Positions 6,630-16,529 of a stretch of 39,845 bases of DNA are shown one piece after another (the stretch's first letter is position 1; the number at the start of each line of letters is the position of its first letter). Both the position numbers and the translations under genes were made by a program. Source of the stretch: a virus (lineage: Duplodnaviria > Caudoviricetes); the IMG/VR virus record IMGVR_UViG_3300038829_000102, positions 1-39,845 of that record, one strand, 5' to 3'. Under the pieces are notes generated by a model that made no database searches, was not told the origin of the DNA, and saw only the letters and a list, made by a program, of their open reading frames with translations.

Positions 6630-8582
6630 ATGAGTTACGCAATCGACCACACCAGCTTCAAGACCGGAAAACCGGCCGACACCGGGCAGGCCCTGGATGC
6701 CGGAGAGGTAGCTTGGTGGGAGGAAGCCGACGAAACCGCGCGCTGTGGTGCGTTCACGGGCGTGGTCAAGTCGCTGGCTGAGGACCAAGAGTTCCGCTCG
6801 CAGATGAACCTCCTCCACGCGCGCCTGTACGGAAACGCGGAGATTCTGGGCTTCGGGCTTCGCGAGTATGCGCGGTCGTCCCTCACGCACTCCATGCACT
6901 ACACGCCGCGCGTGAACCTGAACGTGATCGCAAGCGCGACGGACGCGCTGCACGCAAAGATCACGAAGTCCAAGCCGCGCCCGAGCTTCCAGACGGACGG
7001 CGCAACCTGGAAGATGCAACAGAAGGCGCGCAAGCTGGACAAGTGGACGCGCGGCGTCTTCTATGAGACGAAGATCTACCGGAAGGGCTCGGACGTGTTC
7101 CGAGATTGCGAGGTCTTCGGTACGGGCGGCCTGAAGCTGGTTCCGAACAAGAAGAAGCGCATCCAGTTCGAGCGCGTGTTCATCGATGAAGTGCTGGTGG
7201 ACGACGCGGACGGTTTCCTCGGCGCCCCCCAACAGATGTTCCACCGCATGAAGCTTCACAAGAGCGCCGTGCGGCGCCTCGTGCGCGCCTACCACAAGGG
7301 TGAGGACGCGAAAGCGAAGCTCGACCAGATCGACAAGGCGAAGGCCCCGGACGACACACACACCCTGAAGGGCTTCAACGACATGATCGAAGTCTTCGAG
7401 GGCTGGATGCTGCCCGACGAAGACGGCCAGGGCGGGCGTCACGTCATCGCGATCGAGGGCTGTGAGATCCTCTGCGAAGACTGGAAGATGAAGACCTTCC
7501 CCTTCGTCTGGATGCGTCTCTTTCCGCGTTTGCTCGGCTTCTTCGGGCAGGGTGCGGCCGAGCGTCTGATGGGCATCCAGATCGAACTGAACCGCCTGAT
7601 GAAGTCCGTCAGCGAACAACTCCGGCGCAAGGGCAAGGGGCGCATCTACGTACGCAAGGGCGCCGGTATTCCGACCAACAAGATCGGAAACGAACTCGTT
7701 CCGGTCATCGAGGTGAATGGCGACCCGAACACGGCCGTGCTTATCGAGAACATCAACGCGGTTGCTCCGGAGGAGTTCCAGCAGATCCAGACGCTCTACC
7801 AGAAGGCGTTTCAGGAAATCGGCCTCAGTGAACTTTCCGTTGCGGCGAAGAAGCCGAGTGGCCTGGATGCCGCGGTCGCGCTCCGCGAGTTCAGCGACAT
7901 CGAGACCGAGCGCTTCGTGAAGCCGGCCCAGGCGCATGAGGACTTCTATCTGGACGCAGCCGAGCTATGCATCGAGTACATGCGCGTGTCGGGCTCGAAG
8001 GCGTACAAGGTGAAGGTGCCCTCGCGGCGCTACACGATGGAGGTTGATTGGGCGGATATCGACCTGGACCGGGACGCCTATGTCATGCAGATGTTCCCTG
8101 TTTCGAGCCTGCCGCAGACACCGGGCGCGCGCTACCAGCGCGTGAAGGAGATGATGCAGGACGGCTTCATTGATGCCGCGGTCGCGCGCCGACTGCTGGA
8201 CATCCCGGACATCGAGGCTGAGGAGGATCTCGGAAACGCGGCGATGGACGACGCGGACGCCGTGATCAGCTATATCCTCGATGAGGATACGCCGAAGCTC
8301 TACCCTCCCGAGCCGTATCAGAACCTCGCGCTGCTCCTGAAACGCGCCACAGCTTCGTACCTCTTCGCACGTCACCACGGGTGCGACGAGAAGCGCCTGG
8401 AGATGCTCCGGGACTTGATTGATCAGGCGTCGAAGATGCTCGTACCACCGCCTGCGCCTCCGGCCCCGAACGCGATGCCCGCCCCGTCTCTTGCTGCACC
8501 GTCTCCGGCAATCTCCGGAGGCATCAACGTGAATGTTGCAGGAAATAAACCCCAACCCGTAGCACCACCCGTAATTGGGTAA
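6630..8582 (+). CDS. Portal protein
   Basis: 650 aa, helical, directly after terL; FGTG, PFVW...GFFGQG...IQIELN, and SGxA-like segments typical of podovirus portals. Confidence 0.85.
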   Translation: MSYAIDHTSFKTGKPADTGQALDAGEVAWWEEADETARCGAFTGVVKSLAEDQEFRSQMNLLHARLYGNAEILGFGLREYARSSLTHSMHYTPRVNLNVIASATDALHAKITKSKPRPSFQTDGATWKMQQKARKLDKWTRGVFYETKIYRKGSDVFRDCEVFGTGGLKLVPNKKKRIQFERVFIDEVLVDDADGFLGAPQQMFHRMKLHKSAVRRLVRAYHKGEDAKAKLDQIDKAKAPDDTHTLKGFNDMIEVFEGWMLPDEDGQGGRHVIAIEGCEILCEDWKMKTFPFVWMRLFPRLLGFFGQGAAERLMGIQIELNRLMKSVSEQLRRKGKGRIYVRKGAGIPTNKIGNELVPVIEVNGDPNTAVLIENINAVAPEEFQQIQTLYQKAFQEIGLSELSVAAKKPSGLDAAVALREFSDIETERFVKPAQAHEDFYLDAAELCIEYMRVSGSKAYKVKVPSRRYTMEVDWADIDLDRDAYVMQMFPVSSLPQTPGARYQRVKEMMQDGFIDAAVARRLLDIPDIEAEEDLGNAAMDDADAVISYILDEDTPKLYPPEPYQNLALLLKRATASYLFARHHGCDEKRLEMLRDLIDQASKMLVPPPAPPAPNAMPAPSLAAPSPAISGGINVNVAGNKPQPVAPPVIG

Positions 8583-8591
8583 GGACGCCCC

Positions 8592-9611
8592 ATGCCCCAG
8601 ATGCTCAGCAACAAACCGACTTCTGCCCCCGCGCCTAAGGGCGCTACCGACTATCAAGCCGAAGCAATGGCCGAGTTGGCGAAAGGCGAACAAACGCAGA
8701 TCACCCCGCCACCGGCTAAGGCCGGAGACCGCGAGTCGAACGGAATGGGGACCGGTGAGGAGACGGCCAGCGACCCGAAAGACGCGGCCTCTGCGACTAT
8801 CAAGGAGCCCGAAAAGAAGCCGGAGGACGGGATTCCGCCGAACATCAAGACGGCATTCGAAAAGTTGACTTCCGAGAAGGCGGCCTTTCGGCAGGAGAAG
8901 CAGGCTCTCACCCAGCAGGTGAAAGAGGCGAACGAGCGGGCCGCGAAAGCCGAGGCTTTCACGAACGCGAAGACGCCGATGGAGCTTCTCCGGGCGGCCG
9001 GGTTCACATGGAAGGATGCCGTGGAGGAGATTACAGGCGTGAAGGCGGAAGGTGAAGAGGCGCCGAAACCGAGCAAGGAGTCGAAGAAGCCAACGCTTGA
9101 AGACCTCGATCCCGAGGTGGCGGCTGACCTCAAGGCGTGGAAGGCCGAGCGCGAGACAAAGAAGCTCGAAGAAGGCAGAGCCGCCGTGCGGAAAGCGGTG
9201 GAGACTTTCGCGACCAAAGCCGGCGACAAGTACGCGCTTACCGTGAAACTCGGAAAGCTCGATGATGCGCTCGGTTTCATCGAGGCGCATTTCGCGAAGT
9301 ACAAGGAGCTTCCCGGTGCGACTCCTCAAGAGTCCATGGAGATCGCGCTCGCGCACGTGGAGGAAAGCCTCAAGAGTCAGGCCGAGAAGTGGAGGGCCGT
9401 CTTGACATCAGGCGCTGAATCTGATTCAGTACCGAATGCGGCTGATAACCGCGAGAGTGCAGCACCCGATTCGGCCACGAGTGAGACGGCTGGCAAGACG
9501 TTGAACCACTCGCAGGCCGGTGCTTCTCGCACTGGTCCCTCAAAAGAACCGCAGACCCCGGAAGAATACCGGGCCGCTGCACTTCGTGAGCTGCTGAAAA
9601 CAGCTCGCTAA
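8592..9611 (+). CDS. Capsid scaffolding protein
   Basis: Charged, coiled-coil/low-complexity protein between portal and capsid genes, ending in a short C-terminal helix. Confidence 0.75.
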   Translation: MPQMLSNKPTSAPAPKGATDYQAEAMAELAKGEQTQITPPPAKAGDRESNGMGTGEETASDPKDAASATIKEPEKKPEDGIPPNIKTAFEKLTSEKAAFRQEKQALTQQVKEANERAAKAEAFTNAKTPMELLRAAGFTWKDAVEEITGVKAEGEEAPKPSKESKKPTLEDLDPEVAADLKAWKAERETKKLEEGRAAVRKAVETFATKAGDKYALTVKLGKLDDALGFIEAHFAKYKELPGATPQESMEIALAHVEESLKSQAEKWRAVLTSGAESDSVPNAADNRESAAPDSATSETAGKTLNHSQAGASRTGPSKEPQTPEEYRAAALRELLKTAR

Positions 9612-9612
9612 A

Positions 9613-9655
9613 CGGTGACCTTCCATGTGGAGGTCACCGGTAAAGGTGACCTCTC
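9613..9655 (+). promoter_or_regulatory. Mutually exclusive hairpins over the capsid RBS
   Basis: AGGTCACC (9631-9638) can pair with GGTGACCT at 9614-9621 or with GGTGACCT at 9645-9652, which overlaps the AAAGGTGA SD-like element. Confidence 0.5.
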
Positions 9656-10891
9656 ATGGGTGTTACGATTTCGAATCCGACGTTTGCTCTCAAGACGCTC
9701 TGGCCTCAGCGGCGCGTCGTCAACACGGTCTACAAGGATCACGCCTTCCTGGCGATGATTCCCAAGTCCGAGCAGTTCTACGGCGAGAACATGGTGATCG
9801 CCGTCCGGTACGCCGACACGCAGGGGCGTTCTGCCGGCTTCGGTGTGGCACAGGCAGCGGCTGGTGCACATGCCGGTGTTCGCTTCTACCTCACCCGCGC
9901 GGCCGACTACCAAGTCGTGAACCTCACGACTGAGGCGATCCTCGCGACGAAGAACGATCGAGGTGCGCTCATCCGGAACCTGGACACCGAGATGGGGTCC
10001 GGCATGAACAACATTGGCAAGTCGCTCGCCACGGCTCTGTTCCGCGGTCGTTCCGGCAACATTGGGCGCATTGGCGCTGTGGCGGCCGGACCTCCGGCAA
10101 CCGTCACGCTCCTGAACATCAACGACGTGACGAGCTTCGAGGTGGGCATGATTCTCGTGTCCTCGGCGACGCCGACCGGCGCGAACCGAGCGACTCCCGC
10201 CACGGCGACCATCACGAAGGTCAACCGCGACACGGGCGTGCTTACGTTCGCTGATGGCACCTTCGCAGGCACCAACTGGGCCGCAAACGATTACATCTCG
10301 GCGAGCGGCGACAACGCGAACGCCAGCGGCTCCGGCAATAAGGTGCTCGGTCTGGCGGACTGGATTCCGACCACGGCGCCGACCACGGGTGACTCGTTCC
10401 TCACGGTCGATCGCTCGGTCGATGCGACTCGCCTCGGCGGGCTCCGCATGGACGTGAGCGGGCTGAACCCGGAAGAGGGGCTCATCACGGTCCTCAGCCG
10501 ACTTGGCCGCGAAGGCGGGCGCCCGGACCATGCCCTCACGAACCACCTCGACTTCCGGAACATCGAGTTCCAGCTCGGGTCGAAGGTCGTCTACAAGCAG
10601 ATGGCTGTTGGTGAGATCGGCTTCACCGGAATCGAGGTCATCTCGGGAACGGGACGAGGAACCTGCACCCTGCTGGCGGATCAGGATGCTCCGGCCGGAC
10701 TCCTCTACGCGCTCCAGATGGACACGTGGAAGCTCCACTCGCTGGAAGAGTGCCCGATGGTGCTCGACCTCGACGGGAACAAGCTGTCGCGCGTCTACAA
10801 CGCCGACCAGTGGGAGGCGCGCATCGTGTACTTCGCAAACACGGCTTGCGACGCGCCCGGCTTCAACGGTGTCGCCACGATGCCGAGTTAG
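9656..10891 (+). CDS. Major capsid protein
   Basis: 411 aa after the scaffold gene, strong codon bias, double stop; organisation fits an HK97-fold capsid with an insertion. Confidence 0.85.
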   Translation: MGVTISNPTFALKTLWPQRRVVNTVYKDHAFLAMIPKSEQFYGENMVIAVRYADTQGRSAGFGVAQAAAGAHAGVRFYLTRAADYQVVNLTTEAILATKNDRGALIRNLDTEMGSGMNNIGKSLATALFRGRSGNIGRIGAVAAGPPATVTLLNINDVTSFEVGMILVSSATPTGANRATPATATITKVNRDTGVLTFADGTFAGTNWAANDYISASGDNANASGSGNKVLGLADWIPTTAPTTGDSFLTVDRSVDATRLGGLRMDVSGLNPEEGLITVLSRLGREGGRPDHALTNHLDFRNIEFQLGSKVVYKQMAVGEIGFTGIEVISGTGRGTCTLLADQDAPAGLLYALQMDTWKLHSLEECPMVLDLDGNKLSRVYNADQWEARIVYFANTACDAPGFNGVATMPS

Positions 10892-10899
10892 TAGGCTGA

Positions 10900-10940
10900 C
10901 CGGGTAGAGGCCACAGGCGGGTTCGAGTCCCGCCGCCCGG
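10900..10940 (+). other. tRNA-like minihelix (T-arm stacked on an acceptor-like stem)
   Basis: CCGGG...GGCGGG-TTCGAGT-CCCGCC-G-CCCGG; no D or anticodon arm. Confidence 0.5.
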
Positions 10941-10995
10941 CTTGCAGTACCTCCCGCGCACTCTCGTTCGGGAAAAAGGAAAGAAGGCGAGAAAC

Positions 10996-11373
10996 ATGGC
11001 AAGTCACAATTATGCTCCGATCCGAGCGCTGGATCGTGAGCTGGTGGTGCTGGCAGTAAAGGCGACGGGCGGCGGGGCGGCGGCTGACCTCACCGCGCTC
11101 AGTGCCAGAGCGGGCGTCACATCCATCAACTACAACGCGGCCACCGGCAAGTACACGGTGACTCTCGATGCGAAGTATCAGGAGCTTCGGCACCTCTCGG
11201 GTACGGTGCTCGATCCCACCGCAGTTGATGACTGGGAAGTGGTTTTGGAGACGGATCTCACGGCCAATACCGCCACGTTCAACATCTGCGTGTTCAAGGG
11301 TGGCGTCCTCACCGATCTGACGAGCGATGAGAAGCTCATGTTGCTCATCGTTCTGAAGAACTCCTCGCGGTAA
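10996..11373 (+). CDS. Probable virion structural protein (capsid decoration-like)
   Basis: Small beta-rich protein just after the capsid gene; positional call. Confidence 0.55.
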   Translation: MASHNYAPIRALDRELVVLAVKATGGGAAADLTALSARAGVTSINYNAATGKYTVTLDAKYQELRHLSGTVLDPTAVDDWEVVLETDLTANTATFNICVFKGGVLTDLTSDEKLMLLIVLKNSSR

Positions 11374-11388
11374 CTCGGAGGCACGCTC

Positions 11389-12087
11389 ATGACCGCCGTT
11401 GCGCTCTCGATACTGCGAACCCGCTCCAAGCGGCGCGCTGACATGGAGAACGCCTCCTTCGTCGGTGATGCTGAATGGCTGGACTACATCAACGAGGGAG
11501 CGAAACGGCTCCATGAGCTGCTGGTGGGCGCCTACGGGGAGGATTACTTCAAGAAGACGTCCGCCTTCAACACGGCCAACGGAACGAGCGACTACCCGCT
11601 TCCTTCCGACTTTTTCAAGTTGACGGGTGTGGACCTAACCGTTAACAGCAAGCCGGTTTCACTGAAGCGGTTCATGGAGCCCGAGCGCAACGCCTTCCGG
11701 AACGTCTCGGCAATCAACTGGTTCAGCGTGCCGCGCTACAAACTCGAAGGAAACAATCTGCGGCTCTATCCTGCGCCGGCCTCCGTGCTCGCGGGTGTAA
11801 TCATCTACATTCCGGTGCTTCAGGTTCTAGTTGGAGGCTCAACATTTGCAACATCCTTCGTGAACGACAGCGACACGTGCGACTTTCCGAATGGCTGGGA
11901 TAAGTTTATCACGGCCTATGCCGCGGAACAGGCACTCATGAAGGAGGAGTCCAGCACGCGCGAAATCCGAAGCCAGCTCGACCGCTGGGAGGCGGAACTC
12001 GTAGCGATGGCTTCCGACCGCGACGCGGCGAACTCGGTTCAGGCAGTAGATCACGATCTAGAGGATCTTGATCCGAGGTGGTGGTAA
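11389..12087 (+). CDS. Head-tail adaptor / tail tubular protein A-like
   Basis: LRTRSKRRADM...WLDYINEG...YPLPSDF...LRLYPAP pattern of podovirus adaptors; GGAGG RBS. Confidence 0.75.
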   Translation: MTAVALSILRTRSKRRADMENASFVGDAEWLDYINEGAKRLHELLVGAYGEDYFKKTSAFNTANGTSDYPLPSDFFKLTGVDLTVNSKPVSLKRFMEPERNAFRNVSAINWFSVPRYKLEGNNLRLYPAPASVLAGVIIYIPVLQVLVGGSTFATSFVNDSDTCDFPNGWDKFITAYAAEQALMKEESSTREIRSQLDRWEAELVAMASDRDAANSVQAVDHDLEDLDPRWW

Positions 12088-12390
12088 ATGGGCCTCAGTC
12101 TGTTTGATCGTCTCCAACACCCTGATGAGTTGGTAAACCGCATTCAGGATCGGATGAAAGCCGTAATCAACGCTGTCATCCAGAAACCGCTCGTGGATGG
12201 TCATCTGGTGACGGCCACCGTAGCGCCTGCTCAAACAGCAGTGGCGCATAAACTAGGAAGGTTACCAAGGGGGTATTTCGTGGTTAGTGGTCAGGCCAGC
12301 ATTATCGGCCTATCAGCGGCGGCTGATACTAATTTCCTGTACGTGTCAAGCAGTGGCGGTAGCGAGACTGTAACTTTCTGGGTGTTCTAA
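12088..12390 (+). CDS. Small tail-associated virion protein
   Basis: 'VAHKLGRLPRGYFVV' motif common in small podovirus tail genes; abuts both neighbours. Confidence 0.55.
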   Translation: MGLSLFDRLQHPDELVNRIQDRMKAVINAVIQKPLVDGHLVTATVAPAQTAVAHKLGRLPRGYFVVSGQASIIGLSAAADTNFLYVSSSGGSETVTFWVF

Positions 12391-15300
12391 TGGCGCTTAT
12401 CAAAGAGAGCGTGGATGTGCCGTTCGTCGGGGGCCTGGATCTCAAGTCGGATGACGTGTTCACGATGCCGAACAAGGTCACGAAGCTTGAAAACGGCCGT
12501 TTCGTGGAAAAGAACACGCTCGGCACGCGCGGAGGTTTCAACCCCCTTTTGACCGGAACAGCGTATAGCGGCTCAAGCCCGAGCGCCCCTTACCGCATTT
12601 CGCGGCGCGAGACAGAACTGTTCATCGAGAGCGCCACTGGAGTACATGCAGCCGACGTAACAGGGAACAAGTGGAAGCGCGTATCCGGTGCCATCAATCG
12701 CGCTTCCGCAGAACTGTCCGCGGTAACACACCCCATCACGGACGTGCTGGAGTCCGACATGGCGGGCGAGAGCCTTAGCGGGATTCAGGTAATTGTCTGG
12801 ACCGATCAGAGTTCCGGAGGCGGCTTCGTGCCGCTCGCGTATATTCAAGTCCGTCGTGGGACCCAGATTTTACTTCAGCAGGCCTTGACTTCAACGGAGT
12901 CGTGTTGCCCTAGAGTCGTACACTCGGCCGCTGATTTCAAGTTCTACATCTATTGGATTGAGAATGTGTCCGGAACCGGGACCATAAAGTCTTGCACGCT
13001 TCTAGAGACGCTTCCTACTACGCTGAGTGCGACGAACACTGTAGAAACTACCTACATGTTGGCTAGTACTTCAGGTGCCACTACCGGCATCCCGATGATC
13101 GGTTTCATGGATGTGGTGGTGAACACGGCCACTACGGGAAGTAACATCTTCCTTTGCCACCGCTCCGTTACGGGGGGCTCGGTCGGCGGTGTGCGCCATC
13201 TAAGAATCAGCATATCTGACGGGTACACAATTTCCAGTTCATCGGCCACGCCAGTGGCCACCTGGGCTTCCGGTACTGCGGTTGAAGGCATCAGTGTGTG
13301 TGTTGCGCCGGAAATCGGTGGGCCGGGTGGTACCGCAAACTATAGCTGTTGGATCAGAACCGCCACATCTACGGACGGTGTTATCCAGCTTACTACCGCT
13401 GATTTTAGTTTTACCTTCGCTGTAGGCGCTACAGGCGGTGCCCCGACCGGTCGCATTACGGCAATCACAGATCCGGCAAATGATGACTTCACGTGGTGCG
13501 CTTGGGATGAAGGTGTTGCAGGCTCGACGACCAGTCGTGTGGTACTAGGTCGCGCCCAGATTGATGGAAGTGGTGGCTTCACCGTAGGACCCACCACCAT
13601 GGTCAGGAGCCTGGGGCTGGCGACCGGATTTTTCTCGGTAAACGGCACCACCTCCCTTTACCTTGGCCTAAACCTCTTCTCGACCATACAACCTACCTTC
13701 TACGCGGTGGAGGCCGTAACGTCCGCAGCGGTAGTCACGAGCGCGCACGATGTTTGCGTGCACATGAGTTGTCTCGCTGCGCCCCTCAAGAATCGCTGGC
13801 AGAGTCGCGGCGTACCGCGCCCCATGGCAGGCGGCAGCGTAATTCCCGTCTTTCGCGGTAGCCAAGATGTGATCAGCTTGGGAACTACTGTTCCGGTCAA
13901 CAACGTGGCAGACACCAATCGAACACCAATTGGGTTAGACCTGCTCATGCTGGTATTCGGTGCCAATGCCGGCCTCAATTTTGTAGAAGTCGACAAGTCA
14001 ACGGTCCTGGCTGGCGCCGACCCTCAGTTCTTTGACGGGGCCACGCTGGCAGAACTCGGATTTGAGTACTACCCCGAGACCCCGCTCGCCACCGCGGGAG
14101 GGGTCGGGACGCTTCCCGCTGGCACCTACGGTGTGACGTGCCTCTATGAGTGGACCGATAGATGGGGGCTGGTTCACCAGTCCGCCCCAGCCGTGCCCAC
14201 GTCGGTGGTGGTGGCGCTGAACCAACGCATCACCGTGACGGTGCCCACGCTACGTCTTACTAAGAAAAGTGGTGTTCGGATTGTAGTTTATCGAACGATA
14301 GCAAATGGATCCGTTTACTACCGTGTCCAAGGTGATGTGCTATACAGCAACTCGACACTCAACGTCACTACAGCCGACACAATCGCACTTGCGTCCGAGA
14401 GTCTGGCGGATCTTACCGTGCAGACAGGTGAGTTGCTCCCCACCACAGGTGGGGTTATCCCGGCCGAGATGTTCCCTTCGTGCAAGTTCGTGACGCTTCA
14501 CCAGAGCCGGCTGTTCTTTTCGGGTCTGCTGGAGCAGCGCATGCAGTACACGGAGGAGAGGCAAGGCACGTTCTTCCCGTGGACGAATGCCGGTGTCTAT
14601 TACCTGGACGTGGCCGGGGAGGCGGGGCGCTGCACGGCCACGGCCTCGATGGATGACAAACTCATCGTTTTCCAAGAAGGCCAGATCGGGGCACTGTTCG
14701 GTCGCGGCCCTAACAGACTAGGTGTGGACAACTCGTTTTCAAACGTCGTGACCGTCATAAGTAACTACGGTCACGACTGGGTGTGTTCGTTCTGCATCGT
14801 GAAAGATGGTGAAGGCATCTGGTTCCGCGACCGGCGCGGGCTCCGTCACCTGAACCGAGGGCTCCAGATTTCGGTGGAACAGAACGGCAGGCCGCTGGGT
14901 GAAGAGGTGGACTCGAAGGTAGGGCCGGCACCTGCGTCCGGAGCGCCTTTTCCGAAAAGCGCGGTCTACCATGACGAGCAAGATCAAGTCCGCTTCTCGA
15001 TGGGCTTTCCCGGTACCGGAATCCTGGTATACGATGGCGTAAACAAACAGTGGAGTGAGTACAAGAGCGCGGCCGGCGCGGCCGGTAACTTTTACGATGC
15101 AATCATGTTGCCTCGGGGCGGCGGACTGATTTCGACGGAGGGCGCGGCCTACGTTTACCTGAACAGCGCCGGGCAAACATACTATGAGAGCATGAACACG
15201 CTCAGTGATCTTGAAGTCGGGGGTGCGGCTACGGCGGTAGTCCTCCGACTGACCACGGCATGGCTGAAGCTATCCACCATTCAAGGTTTCCAGCGCATCT

Positions 15301-15617
15301 ACAAGGTGCTTGTAGTCGGTGAACTGTCGGCGCTCGGCGGGGCGTTTCACGAATCTAACGGCGTGACGCTCCAAATCACACCTGAAGTAGACTACAGTGT
15401 AAACGCGCCCACGATCGCTAGCCCAACGTTCTCCGACTGGTCAGAGTTCACGACGCGCTTTCAGGTTGCGCACAAGCCTACCGTTCAAAAGTGCGAGGCG
15501 ATGAGGTTCACGATCGCGTACTCCAGCAAGTACGGAGGCGCTAAGTTTTCGAGCCTCGCGCTTGAAATCGGCAAAAAAGCAGGTACAATGAAAACTCGCA
15601 GTGCACAGAGGTTCTAG
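12390..15617 (+). CDS. Tail nozzle / tail tubular protein B-like with inserted domains
   Basis: 1075 aa, beta-rich; starts PFVGGLDLK...LENGRF and ends with LTTAWL...GFQRIYK, as in nozzle proteins; follows the adaptor. Confidence 0.7.
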   Translation: MALIKESVDVPFVGGLDLKSDDVFTMPNKVTKLENGRFVEKNTLGTRGGFNPLLTGTAYSGSSPSAPYRISRRETELFIESATGVHAADVTGNKWKRVSGAINRASAELSAVTHPITDVLESDMAGESLSGIQVIVWTDQSSGGGFVPLAYIQVRRGTQILLQQALTSTESCCPRVVHSAADFKFYIYWIENVSGTGTIKSCTLLETLPTTLSATNTVETTYMLASTSGATTGIPMIGFMDVVVNTATTGSNIFLCHRSVTGGSVGGVRHLRISISDGYTISSSSATPVATWASGTAVEGISVCVAPEIGGPGGTANYSCWIRTATSTDGVIQLTTADFSFTFAVGATGGAPTGRITAITDPANDDFTWCAWDEGVAGSTTSRVVLGRAQIDGSGGFTVGPTTMVRSLGLATGFFSVNGTTSLYLGLNLFSTIQPTFYAVEAVTSAAVVTSAHDVCVHMSCLAAPLKNRWQSRGVPRPMAGGSVIPVFRGSQDVISLGTTVPVNNVADTNRTPIGLDLLMLVFGANAGLNFVEVDKSTVLAGADPQFFDGATLAELGFEYYPETPLATAGGVGTLPAGTYGVTCLYEWTDRWGLVHQSAPAVPTSVVVALNQRITVTVPTLRLTKKSGVRIVVYRTIANGSVYYRVQGDVLYSNSTLNVTTADTIALASESLADLTVQTGELLPTTGGVIPAEMFPSCKFVTLHQSRLFFSGLLEQRMQYTEERQGTFFPWTNAGVYYLDVAGEAGRCTATASMDDKLIVFQEGQIGALFGRGPNRLGVDNSFSNVVTVISNYGHDWVCSFCIVKDGEGIWFRDRRGLRHLNRGLQISVEQNGRPLGEEVDSKVGPAPASGAPFPKSAVYHDEQDQVRFSMGFPGTGILVYDGVNKQWSEYKSAAGAAGNFYDAIMLPRGGGLISTEGAAYVYLNSAGQTYYESMNTLSDLEVGGAATAVVLRLTTAWLKLSTIQGFQRIYKVLVVGELSALGGAFHESNGVTLQITPEVDYSVNAPTIASPTFSDWSEFTTRFQVAHKPTVQKCEAMRFTIAYSSKYGGAKFSSLALEIGKKAGTMKTRSAQRF

Positions 15618-15620
15618 ACC

Positions 15621-16526
15621 ATGCCACGATACAACAGAGCACCCCTTGGTGGCCCGATTGAGCGCGGGCTAAGGAACCATGCTGAGCGCCCGCAGTATGA
15701 CGGCTCACGTCGTCCTACGTACAGCGGCGGTGATCCGTTCAAAACTTACGATTTTGACCATGAAGTCAACACGATCGGCAACTCCACGCGCGATTTCGAG
15801 CGCGGACTCGCTGATGTTGTAGGTGGTGTATCGGATCTGTTCTTCCCTCCGGGTTTCGAGCCGGAAAGCCCTTATCAGGCTGATGCAGGGGCGTACGGAA
15901 TGCCCGGCTACGATGCGTGGCAAAAGATGCTCGGGGCGGGTGGTGCGGCGGCTGGTGGGCGCAACGTGTTGAACATGGATCAGGCGAATCAGGCGCGGGG
16001 TGTTCAGACCGGCCTCATTCAACAGCTTCAGGCGCAAGCGAGGGGTGACGGACCGTCCATTGCTCAAGAGCAGCTTAAACAGGCGACGGATCAGAACATG
16101 GCGCAGGCTGCTGCGCAGGCCGCGTCAGGCCGGGGAGCTGGTGCAGGTGGCGCAGCGTACCAAGTCGGCAACCAGCGCGCCGCCGCGGGTCAGAAAATGG
16201 CTGGTGACTCGGCCGTGCTACGTCTCCAAGAGCAGATGCAGGCACAGAACATGCTTGCCGGTGTCTCTGGTCAGATGCGTGGCCAAGACCTCAGCTCGCA
16301 AGGTCTGAACCTTCAGCAGACCTCGATGAACGACGATCTTGTCAAGTTCTACACGCAGGCCGGGCTCTCGCTGGAGCAGGCGCAACAGCAATCGAAGCAA
16401 GCACTGGAAGAGATGCGCGTCAAACAACAAATCGAGTTCGAGAAGATTAAGGCCGGCGCTGCGGCGGGTAATCAGGGTGGCGGCAGCGGTCTCGGCGGCA
16501 TGCTCTCGATGTTCGGAATGGGGTAA
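15621..16526 (+). CDS. Internal virion (ejection) protein
   Basis: Gln/Ala/Gly-rich helical protein with a Gly-rich hydrophobic C-terminus, at the ejection-protein position. Confidence 0.6.
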   Translation: MPRYNRAPLGGPIERGLRNHAERPQYDGSRRPTYSGGDPFKTYDFDHEVNTIGNSTRDFERGLADVVGGVSDLFFPPGFEPESPYQADAGAYGMPGYDAWQKMLGAGGAAAGGRNVLNMDQANQARGVQTGLIQQLQAQARGDGPSIAQEQLKQATDQNMAQAAAQAASGRGAGAGGAAYQVGNQRAAAGQKMAGDSAVLRLQEQMQAQNMLAGVSGQMRGQDLSSQGLNLQQTSMNDDLVKFYTQAGLSLEQAQQQSKQALEEMRVKQQIEFEKIKAGAAAGNQGGGSGLGGMLSMFGMG

Positions 16527-16529
16527 CAA

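Noticed and set aside
9402-9429. TTGACA plus the dyad CTGAATC-T-GATTCAG inside the scaffold gene as an internal capsid promoter
   Set aside because: No convincing -10 at 16-18 nt and it lies within coding sequence; too weak to call.
10860-10894. T7-like capsid frameshift or read-through extension
   Set aside because: No slippery heptamer near the end, and the gene closes with tandem TAG TAG.
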